Below are positions 10,559 to 24,827 of a stretch of DNA of 63,469 bases, in pieces. The first letter of the stretch is position 1, and every line of letters starts with the position of its first letter. A program made the position numbers and the translations under genes. Source of the DNA: Monosiga brevicollis MX1 (lineage: Eukaryota); contig NW_001865089.1 in assembly GCF_000002865.3 (NCBI RefSeq), positions 20,684 to 84,152 of the forward strand, given 5' to 3'. The notes beneath the pieces are model-generated. The model did no database searches and was not told where the DNA came from. It saw only the letters and a list, made by a program, of their open reading frames with translations.

Positions 10559-11991
10559 CTAGGAAAGAGGTTTGGCAGTGGTCGTGGTCGTGGTCATGGG
10601 TACAATGCGACGTGGTTTTTTGGCGCCTGGGTTACCACTCGCACTTGCTTCGGCCTTTGTGTTGGTCGTGGTAGTGGCCGGGGTGGAGGCTCCCTGACTG
10701 GTGGTGGGTTCGGTCACGAGTACTTGCGGAACGATACGTTTCATAATGGCGCGGCCCTTGGCATTGGCTACACCACCCAAGCAACCAGGATGAGCAACGG
10801 GGATGGGACAAAAGAGCGGTAGGAGGAAAAAAAAAAAAAAAAGGCAACGCACACGGGGCGCGAGAGGTTCGGGCGTGCTGGGTACCTTTGTCTTTGTCGA
10901 TTGTCGATTCTTCGCTGGTGGATGGCCCCTCGATATTCCCCGTCTTTGCAGGCTCAGGACCGCGCTCACAGTCCAATGGCACAATCTTGTGCTGTAATGA
11001 CATGACAAGGCAGGAGACAGGCCGGTGTGGGTCAGGGATGACAACCAAAAGCGCTGAGCAACATACCCACGTTGAGCGTTGAGGCCCGAGCAAAACAAAC
11101 CAAACCAAGAAATAGCACATTTTACTTACGTTAGGCTGGGTGGTGGGTGGTGGCTGGGTTGCCACGGGCGAGCTCGGGACGGGCATCTCCAGCGCCACTT
11201 TCTCGCCCAGATCATTTGCTTTGAACCCCACGATAGAGCAAAACCCGTCCTCAGACGCGACGACTAACAAACGTCCATCATGACTCCTGAGGCAGACGCA
11301 AAGTCAAGAAGCATGAGTCAAGAATCGGCCCGTGTAGACCCTCGCTTGCGTGGCAATGTAGCCAGGGTGAACTTGGCACGGCGCACACGGAAAGCCCATC
11401 CCATGCAAGGCCTTACCAAGCCACGTCTGAGATGGGAGCCAGGTGCAAGTTGAGCACGGCAGCAAAGGGTTGTTGCTGCTGACTGTCGTAGAAAAATACC
11501 GTCTCTTTGCTGGCAATGGCCCACACCAGGCGATGTTGCAGCCTAACCCAGCACACGGCACGACAAACTGACGGTGAGGAGGCTGGCATATAATACGAGG
11601 GTAGACCAAGCTATAACGAAAGCCGAATGAAAACATCTCGATGACACGTCAACATACCCCGTGAACATGGCAGTCACACCGTGTGCTACACGGAGCAGAC
11701 ATGTTCCAACAGAGACCAAGCACCAGGTGGAAATTGGCGTGAGCAAGGCTCCAGATGTTAGTTCCTGGCTACACACACACCCAGATCTGACCATCCATGC
11801 TCAAGGAAAAACGTACTTCGTTGCGCATAGACGCATGGAGAGAAGCGGGCAACCACGGCCGTTTCATCTGTGGGGTACTCGAGGACCGGCCTGCAAGGCA
11901 TGGCCACGCCGAAAAATGTGAGTCCACTCTCCCCATCGCCGACGAAGCACCCCGAAAAGTTTGAAGATGCACGAAAACGCCGCACATTGGG

Positions 11992-12023
<32 letters not shown>

Positions 12024-13234
12024 AATCAAGACTGTACCTGGTGAGCATAGATGTCCGGAACAAATGACAGCAGGGCCGGTGGCGCGCGTGATCTGTAGAC
12101 ACCAGAACAAGTGAGATTTGGGCGGACTTGAGCGTTCATTGGAATGCAAGACCAGCGCCGCTCGACGGGAGCCAACTTGCCAGTGTGAACAACGCTTTGA
12201 CCGGCTGTTGCTAGGATAAGGGTGCCGTCTGGGGAGAAGTGGCCGCGCCGGAAAAACGTGGTCTTGGTGACATCCACAAAGAGGCGTGGTGCATTGGCAG
12301 CGGAGGATTCCACCGGTGGCTCATCACCTTCTGTCGGCGTCTTCGTCACGTTGTCTGTGTCATCTGAGCGCTTGTTGGGCGTCGCCAGAGTGGAAAGGGT
12401 GCATTCTTGTTGAACCTGCAGCGTCCCCTTTTTGGTGGTGCGGGCTTTAAACACCTTCAGGGAACGATCGGCACTCTGTGTGAACAGCTTGTCTCCGCGC
12501 GGGGACCAGGCCACGCCCTGGACGTAGGAGCGATGGTCCTTCATTTGCGAGACCACGTGCCCATCCTGCGCATCCCAGATGATGGCCGAGTTGTCGACAG
12601 AGCCCGAGACGAGGTACCGCCCGTCTGGTGCCCAGGCCAGATCGTAGACATCTTGGTCGTGCCGCCTCAACCGGAGTGTGGTGCGCCACTGCTCGAGTTG
12701 CTCGGGGGCTTCCCCGCCATCAAGAAGTGTGGATGTGGCGTTGGTCTCGGCTATGGTCGGTACCGCGGTGCCGGTACTCGTAGCAGAGGGCGCAAGCCCT
12801 GCCGGCGACTGTTTTGACCCCAAGGCCGAGGTGGGCCCCGATGGAGCTGCGCCAGAGCCCGAAGCGACGTTTGAAGAGCCCGCTGACGCATCCAAGGGTG
12901 GGGGTACCGTGCCATTTTCAGTAAGAGGTGCAGGCTCATCGCAGGTCCACACGAGCACCAGGCCGTCATCATCGGCCGAGGCCAGAGTGTAACCGTGAGG
13001 TGCGAAGCGCACGCAGTTGACAGTGGATTGGTGGCGCAGTTCAGCAAGGAAAGTGACGTGAGTATCACCATCGGGCGTCGCGGTTACTCGCCAGATTTTC
13101 ACGGTGCGATCACCGCCGGCCGTGGCCAACCGATAAACTCCAGGGCCTTGCTCAGCGTGAAAATCAACCGCAAAGACAGGCTTGGGCGCATCCTGTTCAT
13201 AATGCCAGGAAATCTGATGCGTTTTGGCCTTCAT
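10559..13234 (-). CDS. CHAF1B: Chromatin assembly factor 1 subunit B (p60/Cac2), WD40, multi-exon
   Basis: MKAKTHQISWH..PVFAVDF..RLATAGGD, DVYDLAW..LVSGSVDNSAIIWD, HRSYVQGVAW, TFFRR..FSPDG, ASEDGFCS; C-terminal KRIVP/RRIVP motifs. Confidence 0.88.
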
Positions 13235-13959
13235 GGTGCTTTTCGGAAGCAGGACGCTGCACAAGTCGAGCAGGTGCAGGAATCCTCCTGAAGAAGCACG
13301 CCGAAGCTGCTATCACAAGCGAACAAGAGACAACACCTAGCCCCCACGACCCCGCGTCTGTCGCACGACGCAAATCAAGGCGCGAAGGTGAGGGCACAAG
13401 AAGTCAAGACAAGGAGACGGTTGGGTAGAGCCAAATGTCTCGAATGGCACGGACGGAAATCCTTTTTAGGAGCAAAGGTCGTCGATGAGCCCTCGAATCG
13501 GCCCACAACTCGTCTCAGCCTCGCCCTCCACCCCCCGTCGGTGTTCCACGCACACAATGTCCTGACACGGGCTGTTCCTAGCAGCGGCTGTCGCTCCTCG
13601 TCGTCGTCGTCGTCGTCGTCAGGCTCTCACACTGAGGACACACACACACACACGACAGACCGACGAACGGACGGGATGGACGGACAGCGAGACACCCACA
13701 CATCAACCGAAAACGCGCGCGATAGAGAGAGAGAGTAACGGTCAACTGGCCCTCAGGAAACATGTCAACAACAATAGTTCTCAACAGACAACCGACCATA
13801 AAGTTGACAACAGCTGTATGAAAAGCACATTCTCAACAACACTTGTTTCTGACAATGATTGCGTCACCCGTTAGCTCGGACATTTTTGCGGACAAAACTC
13901 AAAAATCGCGAGATCGCGCCGTCACTCACACACACACACACACGCACACACACACACAC

Positions 13960-14008
<49 letters not shown>

Positions 14009-14154
14009 TCTGCCTCCCTCTCCTCTTTGCCTCTCTCCTCTTTGCCTCTCTCCTCTTCGGCCCCTCTCCTCCTCTGCCTCTCTCCTCCCCCGTTCTGCTT
14101 CTCAATAAAAAGAAAAAAAAGAGGACGACAGACACCAAACTCAGCATACCTCAC

Positions 14155-17100
14155 ATGGTCTTTTTCGGCTCAATCTTCCGCGCCAACGCAAACAGACACA
14201 CGCTGGCACGGTGACTGCGAGGGTGTGTAACTACCCATTAGTCCACGCAAGCCGTGGTTCTGGTTGAATCATCAGACAGACAAGGTGGACCACATGTTCA
14301 GCACCATGGGGCCGCCAGCGCGGACCGCCGACAAAGAAGCTGGCCAACGCTCCTCATCTCACGCCCGATCGTCAATTGCAGCCAGCGACCTGGACGATGA
14401 TTTAACCAGCGATCAGGCCAGCGCTGCCTCCTGGAATGGGCTGATTGGAACAAGTGCCATCAAGCCCCAAGACACGACACTGCGTCGAACTGCCTCCGAG
14501 GCCCGACTTCGTGCCTTTACCCCCGTGCGCTCCCCCTACTCAGAGCAGGCTGACAACATCAAACTCAATCGACGCCGCCGAGCCATCCGCCATAAGCGTG
14601 CCGCCACAGCCGCCTTGGACAGCCGCTCCTCCCGCTCGGCCGGCTCCCATTGCAGCTCTCAGCATAGCCAAGGACAGGGTCAGGAGCCTACCATCGTCCC
14701 CGGCTCGGCAGCGCAGGATCCCGACCTACCACCCGACCTGCCGAGTCAGGAACAGCCCGATGTTACCTTGACCAATGCAGCTTCGCGAGGCGTCACCTTA
14801 TCGCCGCTTGCTCGAGCCCTTGCTCTGAGCTCTGGACCCAATCTAACCCAAGTCCGTGTGACAGCTTCCCTCTCATCGGATGATCTCGCCTCCACCCGCG
14901 CCTCTGACGATGATGAAGATGAGGATGACGATGAAGATGTCGATGACAACAACAAAACGACTGATGACTCTAGTAGTGACCAGGATACCGACGATGACCG
15001 TTCCGAGACGGCAGACGACAAGCTCCCTCGTATTCAAACGCAGAGGCAACAGAGTCATGGCCCCCAGGCTAGCGCTGCCACCCCACGACCCCACCTGCTG
15101 CCGTCTACCCCGTCTCAGCACATGCTGGCTTTGGTGGCACAGCGCAGCAGTCATCGCCTCTTGCAAAACGTACCACCCATGCAACGCTCTTTCACGCACG
15201 ACTACCTGGACCTGAGCCAGCTTGCCGGTTCCGAATCAGACCCGCCTTCGCCCCAAGCACAGCGCCCGAGCACCCACGAAACTTACAATCGCAATGGCGA
15301 CAATGACACCCATGCCAACCGAGATCAAGAAGTCGACAGATCCAGCGCTGGCACGGGTAGCCAGGCCACGCTGGCTTCCACCTCAAGCGAAGGGCACTCG
15401 CAAACCAACGCGCAAGATTATGCAAAAAGCAGAACTGCTTCGCAAACCAGCTTTGATCGCGCGCCTCGTCTTTCACTCGTCGATGCCGTTAATGAGCGCC
15501 GAACCACCCGGGATAACCTAGACGTGAGCACAACCCACCACCCACAACCGTCGCTCACCCTCGCTCGTCCTCGTCTCATTATAACCCTTTCGTACATGCA
15601 TACCCGATCCTCAGGAAGCAGCGGAAATGGACACCCTCGACATGTCGAAGGATCGCGAGGACGACTCGACTCGTCAAAAGCGTCCAGGCATCAACAAAAT
15701 TTTGGCAAGTTGCTGCGCTGCGCCTAGTCCTCCACGATTGCCAGCGTAACCTGACCTCGATAAACCCTCCTTCCATCCATCTCCAACGCAGCGACGCTCT
15801 TTGCGCATCCCAGGCCGCAGCCCCAATGGCACGCGGGGTGGCAGTGATGCCGCTGCGGCAGGCGCAACCTCACCCCAGCCGCTCGCGGAAAGCCACGGCG
15901 CTGAGTTCGTGGAAGACCCCGTCTTGCAACCAAACAACGTCACGCCGCGCAGTCTGAGTACTACCACAACAGCGACAAACGAGCTGTCAGTCCCCATCAC
16001 CTTGCTTATCATGGTACCGACGGTGCACCCTCAGTTTCGCGCCGTGGCTCTGTTGTAGATCTTTTGAAAATCGATTTACGGTGCAAGCTGGCTCCACCGT
16101 GGCTCTGCTTGAATACCTTATTGACCCTGCAGCGGCTTTGCCATGGGCCGTCTTCAAAGATCAAGACCGTAAGGATATGCTACACGCTCACAGCAAATTT
16201 GTTCGACATTTTGTCGTGTGCTATCGAGCTCTCGTCAGCCCGGAAACCTTGATTCATCTACTATGGCGCCAGGTCTGTTCAATCCTGCACACCGCTCTGT
16301 CCCTGTGGCTTTGTCGCCCCTCGACCCGCCTGCCTGGCGATTGTCAACGACAAAGCCATCCTCAGCATTTGCGGGAACTCTGCATGCGCCCCCTTACTAC
16401 TACAACTAGATGAAAGAGCCCTTGCGAGCAAAACAGTCACAGCCCCACGTAGTGGCCGCGCTCACAGCTTGGCTTGAAGTGGCATGGCGAGGTGAGCGTG
16501 ACTGACCACGAGCATGCCCCCCTGGCCCCTGAGAACCATGCACTCATACTCCATTTGAATCTAGATTTCGAAGAAGACGGCATGCGGCAGATCTTGGGCA
16601 ACATTGCCGTCGCGGCCGCCGCCTCAAGATATGTCTCTCAAGAGGCAGCGCGAAAATTGCAGCAGACCATTGAACGCATGGCCGCACGCGAGCAGGCTGA
16701 ACTCGCCCAAAGTGATATTGTAGTCGATGAACCCAACGTGTCGCTTATCGTGAGTCGGATGTACAACTTGCTGCATGGCCACCAAAATGCGACGCTCACA
16801 CCTAGTTCAATGTCCTGAACATGGGTGTCGAATAGATGGTGTCAGCGGAGCAGCTCTCAGACCACATGACCCTACATAACGCAGCTCTGTTTGCGCGCGT
16901 TCAACCGAGCGAATTGGTCACCGCCGTCTTGCTCAACCACAACTCGCCGTCCTTGCAGCGTCTGATCCGTCGCTATGATCTTGGTTCGACTTTTCTGTTT
17001 CATATCGAAGTTGTTGTTTTTCGTTTTTAAACATTGCTCGTCACCTTGGCTCAAAGCATCTGCTTATGGACATGTTTTTGAACAGAATACTACTGGATTG

Positions 17101-19341
17101 AAAGTGAAATGCTGGCCTGCAAGGATCCGCAACTTCAAACGCTGATGCTGGACAAGTTTATTGCTGCCGCGACCCATTGTCGGCAGCAAAACAATTTTTT
17201 CTCCGTTTTTACCATCATCAGCTGCCTCGATACGGCGAAAATGCACAAGCATTGTCAACAGGTTACAATCGCGCACCTTTCGTGCGGCTGCCGAGTGGGC
17301 AATTGCTGCGAAGTCAATAGCAACTCATCGCTGGGCATCATGCTCTGCTACAGGCTTTTGAGAACATAAGCAAAGAATGTCGTCGAGCCTTCCAGCGCCT
17401 TGTACAATTCACCTCGCCGGATCGCAACATGCGCGCGTACCGAAATGCACTGAAAGCGCTCAGCAAAAAGCAACCGCGAGTGTATTTTTTGCCTTTGTTC
17501 ATGAAGGACTTGCGTTTCCTTGCCGACGGCAATGAGAAAAAAATAGGAAGCCTCTATAATGTGGACCGGTACGGCTTGTGCTCCCCCACCTCAGCAAACG
17601 AGGCAACAATGCTTACGGCCGGCATGGTTCTTCGTGGCCAATTGGGGCGGCTGATCGCCTGCTCATCAGCACACTTGTTGGATGCGTGCATGTCTTAGGC
17701 TTCGTTCGCTGGCTGAGAGTGCGCGCGAAGTCACAAGCCTGGCGGCCTTACCATTCAAACGGATTGCGATTAACGAGCCGCTAGCACGCCTGATATGTTA
17801 CAAAGAAAATATCATTGCAGATGAGCTGGCTGGTCGGCTGGATTCTGTCACGACATCGACGCGTGACCATGACATGAGTTCGCAACTGGTCAAGCTTCAA
17901 ATGCAGATTGAGGAACTCACAGCGGCCCTTGAAGCGCGATCCAGCGAGGTCACTCGACTGAAAATGGCAGCGGCGGAAGTGGCGATGGGAGCCACGGTCG
18001 ATAACCCACCCTCTGATAAGCATTCAGGGCCAAGTACTGGCCTGGCAGATCTGGAAGACATCCTTTCCACACCTGAGGACATGTGCCGTTGTTCGTTTCT
18101 TCATCTTGCCTCGTCTCCTTGTTTCGTGCCACGATGCGGGCAAGTGCTGCCTTTGCACCGGCTCCTACCCTCATTTCTGCTTTGCCTCTCTGTGCGTGCA
18201 GCTTCATCTCGCCAGTCTGTCGGGCCCGGTTCTGTTCATCTACCAGGTGCGTTATCAAAGCACTGTCTGCTGATGTTTTCGTTGGCCAAGTGCACCGAGC
18301 CTGGATATGGCCTGCTCAACGAGTGGTTTTTTGACTGTGTACCATTATGCAGTCGAGCGGTTGGCCAAGGAAAACGAAGTTTTGTGGCGAATGTTGACAG
18401 ACTTGACGCCGCTGTCAAAATCGGATATTGCCGAGGCTGTTCAAGCTGCACTCAAGAGCCCGAGCGCCTGCAAGCCCGCTCAGCGCTCCTCATCAACCAA
18501 GCGTCCCTCGTCAAGAAACAGTTTGCCGCCACCCTACTCATCCCCAAGCACGCAAGGGGAACCAACAGAGCCGGACGCAGCACCGATGGAGTCTAAAAAC
18601 CATGACAACACGGAAAAGTCACAAGCATGCGCGCTTGCCAAAGCAGCTGCACCAGAAAGCAGCAATGATTCGGCGACCATCGCGAAGGAAGGCCCGAGCC
18701 GACCCAATGACGACTTTTCCATGGAGGGGATCGATGTCATGGCACTCCTTCAGCCCGTGTGTGCCGACGACCCACTTCCCGAGCCCAACATTCAAGCACC
18801 AGTCGCTCCCGCTGCCCCGGTGGTGGCGCCGGCAACCAAGCAGGCTCAACGTCGCGCTCTGCTTGGCGATGTGGTGTTGGCGCGCGTGGAAAGTGCGGCC
18901 CGCGTTTTGGAAAAAGGCTGCCTGGAGCGGACTCCTGCAGCTGTTGACATACCGGGTCCGGGGCAGGAGTCAGAGGTCGATGATGTGGTGCTCGAGCTAC
19001 GTTTCCTGCCAGGTCGTGTGAGTGCCAGCCCCGAGCATCGCGAACCGGAGCGGCGTTTGTCGATTAGTACGAGCACCTACCTTGGATCTGATGCACCAAT
19101 GAGGCCACGCTCAGCAACGGCTCCGCACGGAGACGCCCGGCATCGCTCCTCAACGGGGCACTGGACCGACCCGAGGACGGATGTCGGTTTGCGTTCACCA
19201 ACTTCGCCCTCTGGCTCGCGACCGCCCTCCCGTCAGCAAGCCAGGCCGTCCTCGCCCCGGCGCTCCAGCCTCACCTCAAGCCTGAGTGAAGTGCGCAGCC
19301 TGCTTTCGGATCTCAGTGAGCGTCGCGTGGCTGACGTCTGA
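14155..19341 (+). CDS. Ras guanine-nucleotide exchange factor (REM + CDC25 domains) with long disordered termini; start approximate
   Basis: REM-like AGSTVALLEYL..FVRHFVVCYR; CDC25 motifs AEQLSDHMTL, KFIAAATHCRQQNNFFSVFTI, SPDRNMRAYR, FLPLFMKDLRFLADGN. Confidence 0.8.
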
Positions 19342-19793
19342 CCATCCCCCCCCCCCCCCCCCTCTCTTATCTTTATCTCATCGGATTCAAGCCGAGCTTG
19401 CTGTTGGGACAAAGGTGGGGCTAATAGCTTCAAATTTGCATGCTGTCCGAGTGGAGTAGACGTGGTGGCGCACAGCTACCTGCTGTGATGTGTTTGCATG
19501 AATTGAAGTACCGTGGTGCCGTATTATGTTTTGCCCGTTTCTTGCTGGCTGAGGTCTGCTTCGGAAGCACGGAGCATGTAACCAAGCTCAGAGTACACTA
19601 ATTTTTCTACAGATCAGCGATGCAAGAAACGAAAACGTGGCTTTGTCACACAGCCAGTCCACGGTGCAAAAGCTTGACACTTCCTCCCCTTTTCCCAAGC
19701 CTCAGCTTCCTATGAGATCAAGTCCAACCCCTTCACCTGTAAAGCCCACAAAGTCACGCCTAACACTAAAAAAAAAAAAACGGAAAAAATCAG

Positions 19794-20018
19794 NNNNNNN
19801 NNNNNNNNNNNNNNNNNNNNNNNNNNNNNNNNNNNNNNNNNNNNNNNNNNNNNNNNNNNNNNNNNNNNNNNNNNNNNNNNNNNNNNNNNNNNNNNNNNNN
19901 NNNNNNNNNNNNNNNNNNNNNNNNNNNNNNNNNNNNNNNNNNNNNNNNNNNNNNNNNNNNNNNNNNNNNNNNNNNNNNNNNNNNNNNNNNNNNNNNNNNN
20001 NNNNNNNNNNNNNNNNNN
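19794..20018. other. Assembly gap (225 N)
   Basis: Run of n. Confidence 1.
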
Positions 20019-20087
20019 CTCGCTGGGTGCTCACGGTATCTCAATGGCGCTGGTACAGAATAAATATTGACGTGGAGACCAGAGACG

Positions 20088-21034
20088 ATGCTGCGACAGA
20101 TAATTCAGCGGCCAGCGGTAGGACTGGCACGGTCCGGCTCTTGTTGGGTGAGGGTGCGCGGCGGCTGGGGTGACTCACGGGGTTGATGGCTGGTCTAGGC
20201 GACAATGCGCCAGGCAGTGGCTGCACGGCGTGCGCTGTCCGAGTCTGTGCTGGCTGAGCTCCGGCCCAGTTACCCGCTTTTGGACCAGTACAAGGACTGG
20301 GCGGTGGTCAACACGGAGAAGGTCCAGTGGGGCGACCTGGATGCCTTCAACCACGTGAATAACTGTGCGTTATGGTACCAAGCAGCTGTATTGTGGAAGC
20401 CAACTGCTCCTTCTCTTTGGCCCTGAGCTGGCCAGGTTGCCGTTCTCCATTCGACACCGTGTTCGTGGTCGTGCTCACATTCATGGCGCCTGCGGCGTGC
20501 CGGCACGTGTGGGCCTGAGTAGGCGTGTTTTTGCGCTACTTTGAGAATGCGCGTTTCCAGATGATTGAGGAAATGAGCAAGGAGTACGATGCGGGCTGGT
20601 CCGAGGGCAAGGGCGCGTCAGTGATCATGGCGGACAACTATGTGCGCTACCGCTCTCCGCTCTACCATCCGGACGAGATTGCCACCGTTGTTCGCGCCGA
20701 AGATGCCCGTGAGGCAGACATGTACATTGCGTTCAAGGTGTGTGACACTCGGCACCGGGCCGTCCCATGGCGTCTTGTTTCATCCACGCACGCGTGCTGG
20801 GGGGGTCAGCACAAGAGCAGAAGGTCTTTGCCAGGGCGCTGTTTCCGCTCACGACGATGGATGAACCAATCATAGATCCTGTCCAAGCAGCAGAACAAGG
20901 TCGTAGCTGAAGGTCGGGGCCGGCTAGTCAGCTTTGACTACGGCAAGGGCTGCAAGGTCCCCTTTCCCACGGCGGTTCTCGATGCCATCCGTAACATGCA
21001 AGGCTCTGACTTTGAGGTCTCTACTGAGCAATAG
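20088..21034 (+). CDS. Hotdog-fold acyl-CoA thioesterase (4HBT/YbgC-like), possibly mitochondrial, multi-exon
   Basis: VQWGDLDAFNHVNN and FLRYFENAR, YRSPLYHPD, VVAEGRGRLVSFDY; Arg/Ala-rich N-terminus. Confidence 0.82.
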
Positions 21035-21971
21035 ATGCCTTCAAGCCCACCTACGACCAAGAGGATATGGCTTGCGGTTGTCAAAAAACTGGCCCGCATG
21101 CATGCAACTAGTTTGAAACTTGACTGGGCGACCACAGCTTTGTCTTTATCAATCCTTCGTTTCATCACCGGGCATTCTACAAAACCCAATCCTTGCCCTT
21201 ATTCGACCAGCACCAGGCAGGTCACATAGTCTCATCTCAAGACACTACTCACACACACCCACCCACACACAGCACTTGCACACACTTGCACACACATCCA
21301 CAGCCCGGCCCTCCCAATCAGGCAGCACCATCAACTTCCCGCCTCCTCTCGGATCGTGCCAGCGTCAGCAGCCCTAGGGCCACAACAGCTCATTACAACA
21401 GCAACTTTTTCCTGCATCGAAAAATTCAACTGCATCTCTTTCTTCTTCATTGAAATCTGACAACAGGTGTAAAAAGTAGCTGTTGTAATCCAGTGTTGTG
21501 CTTGAAGTCGGTTTTTTTCTTTTTTTTCTTCTCAAGCGGTGAAACGGCAGCGGCACATCGAGCGAACAAGGTCCGTTGAAGGCACCCTGGTCTAGAGCAC
21601 AGTTCATCATGGGTTTGCATCAGGTGTCTGGATATGCTCGTTATGGAAATAAACCCGGGACTCACTTCAGGCTTGGTGTGCTATGCAGTGCCGCCTTCTC
21701 CTCCCCTTCTCGTTGTTTCGCTTCGCTTCTTGTCAGTGAGCTCGCTTTGGCTTGTGCCGGCTCCAGCGAACCGACTTGGTCACTTGGTCACTTGATCGGG
21801 GCGGTGTGATCCTTGGGCTGCATATGGCCAGCCTTGGTCGTGCGCCATTGTCATCCCATGTATGGCTTCACGGCTCTGATTCGCCACACTCACTGCAATC
21901 CCTGTGTTCCTGATCCACTCTTTGCTCGGCTTTTGCCAAAGGACGGAGGGGGGGCTTCGGTCTAAGTCATC

Positions 21972-24827
21972 ATGTTTAAGCGACACGAAAAGCCAAGCGT
22001 GGCGCTGCAGCGCGCTGCAGCTCAGCATGGACTTCGTCTCTTCTATGTCAAGTACTATGGGCACGAGGAAGTGCCCGATGCGCGCGGCAACAGCGTGGTC
22101 GACTTTGCCCTTCATAGCATCCTCACCACCAAGACCTATCGAAAATCCCAGGGCTGGCACCCACCCCAAGTGGAGCTCTCTGTTGGCACGCGTGGTGTCA
22201 AGGTCACGGATCGGTGCGTTTTCTGTTGATCCAGTGCTGGATCCTGATTGCCTTGGGCATCCCAGTCTTTGGTCCTGGTTCACGGTCAGAGCTGAGCCAT
22301 GCGCTGACTTTTTGTTCGCGCACGTTTGTAGCACGACCGGCACCGTCTTTTTGGATCTGCCGCTCCGCAACATCAGCTACTGCCAAGATGATCGCCGAGG
22401 CAACAACATCTTCTGCTTCATTGCCAAGGAGGAGCTGTCCTCGCCCAAGCGATGCTATGCGTTCAAGTCTTATAATCAGGCCGCTGAGATTATGCACGTC
22501 ATTGGCGATGCCTTCAAGCGGGTGAGAATTCCAGCCCCGTGCATGCACGTTTGTGCACATTTCCCAACGCATCCTTTGAATTAAGCATTCCATCTCAGAA
22601 AGATTCGGGGGGGAGAGGCGCTCGGTCATTACGGTTGCTCATGTGCCCTCCTTCCTGCACCAGGCGGCGCAGGAACATGGGCAGAACGGTGGCTCTGGCA
22701 ATGGTTCGACATCGAGCTCGCGCTTTGGTGCTGCCGGTCGCGCTCAAAGTGACAACGAGGTCGAGCGCCTCAAGCGACAACTGCAGGAGAAGGAGGAGGA
22801 GACTCGTCGCCTCAAACAACAACTCACCGCCTCTCAGCGACGACCCAAACAACAATTTGTCGCTCGTATGTCTGCTTGCTCGCGTCGCCTATCACCGCTG
22901 CCGTTTAAAAAGACAGACCATCTCATCCCTTGGCATGTGGATGCAATGGCGCACTTTAGCCCGGCCTGGTACTGGCGGTGATCAAGAGCAGGAGCTGCGG
23001 CAGCTGGAACAGACTTTTGAAAGCGATTTCAAGTTTGGTGTGTCCCCTTACCCAGCCGGTTCGCGCGTCAATTGTTGGCCATGGCTGATCTCACCTGGTT
23101 TTTCGAATGATGCCGGTAGCCTTGAAGCGCGCCTCAGTTCGTCAACCAGCCTCTACGGACAAGGCCTTTGGTAGCTCTCCAGCTGGTCGCAATGCTGCGG
23201 GCCCTGCTGCTGTACGTTGGCGTCCTCTCGCTTGGCTTTTCCCCGTTTTGTGGCGTGCCACCGGCGGCCTCTGATGCCTTTGGGAAAACCATGCTGCCCG
23301 ATTAGTTTGGCGATGCGTTTGCACCCTCCTCGGCGCAGTCTTCCAGTTCAGCCAGTCCCGCTGCCAAGCCAGTCGCTACCCCGACCGGGGCCTTGGCATC
23401 TCCTGCTTTTGGTTCACCGGCAGGCTTGTCTGCCCCTGCCCAAGCGCGCCGAGCACCACAGAGCGTGAGTCACAGGCAGCCATGTTGTGCAAGTCAAGTC
23501 CTCCTGTGACCACCGTCGAGCCCATGCGCGCCTTTGCTTACCTTTTTCTGACTGCCTTTTCATAGGCCAACAGCCCATACGCCCGCGCGCGTGGTGCACC
23601 GCCACCGACTTCCATCGCCACCTCAAGCCAGATCAACGTGAGTTTTTGTTACATCTCGCGCCTGGCCCTTTGGTTTGGTTCATGACGGAAGGCTTACCAG
23701 GCGATGTGGACGGTGTAGCCCAAAGCCATCAACTCGATTCGCCGCATTGGCACCAACCCCAAAAAATCGCCTACACCCAAGACTTCAGTCAAGGCCAAGG
23801 ACGACAACGAGGATGCCTTTGACGACGACTTTGGCGCCCTGGCTTCGGCTCGACTCAGTACGTGGGGTTTGACAACAGTCTGAGCGAGCCAAGTTGTGCA
23901 TGGTCCGCACGCGGAAACTCTCGCTTCAGCACTCTCATCACGCATAATGATGTCTGGGTCGCCTTTTCCAACTGCTGGTAGATACCAGCAGCGCTGCGAA
24001 CTCGCCTGCACCTTCGTCCAACGGTGCCGCACCGGCCTCCTTCACCATGAGCCAGCCCGAGCTCGTGCCAGAGCCGGATGCTGAGCCCGAGGAGGAGCAG
24101 GCTTCCACTGCAAGCCCCGGGGTGGCTTCAGAGCCGGAGGCATCGCCCGACTCGAGCGACGAGGAGGATGAGGCTCAGTTGGTGGAGCGTATCAACAATA
24201 ACCTGGTGTGTGAGGACACGTTGTTGTTGCCAGGGGTGGCGAGTGGCGGCGAGTGGTACTGACTTTAACTTTTGTACTGGCTTTCCCCATCGTTTGCACA
24301 TTGTTGGCACGTCAGGATTTGGGTGATGGCGGTGCCGAGGCCGAGGCGGAGCCGGAGGAGGCCGCGGAAGAAGAGGAGGATGATGCTGAGGTTTCTAAGC
24401 TGGTGCGGCTCTGCCAGCATGTGTGGACGCTGGCGACGCCCGACGAGGACGGTATGCTGGATGGCCAGCAGATGCGGCCCTTGATGATGATGTCTGGCCT
24501 GCCCATGGAGACGCTCGGCACCGTCTGGAGCATCATTGATACGGAACAGCTGGGCAAGGTAAGGATGGAAGCCGCCGCGAGTCGGGGGGGTGGGGTGGAG
24601 CGGGCATTTCCTGGGCGGCGGTGCACGAATCTCATCTGACTGGCTTTGTGCGTTTGCGCTCGATGATGATGCAGATTGATTATCGACAGCTGGGCTTTTT
24701 GCTTGGTTTGCTCTCGCAGGCACAGCGTGAGGAGGAACTGGACCCCGAGGCCGTGGGACCGGCAACGCCGGCCCCGCTCCTGAAGGGTCTCAAGCCGATT
24801 GATGATGACGAAGAGGACGACGAGTAA
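21972..24827 (+). CDS. PTB-domain endocytic adaptor with C-terminal EH domain, multi-exon
   Basis: PTB motifs FYVKYYGHEEVPDARG, VELSVGTRGVKV, LRNISYC..NIFCFIAK..CYAF; EH motifs DGMLDGQQMRPLMMMSGLPMETLGTVWSIID; linker DDDFGALASAR. Confidence 0.8.

Noticed and set aside
19637..20173. ORFs spanning the N run
   Set aside because: Artefacts of the assembly gap.
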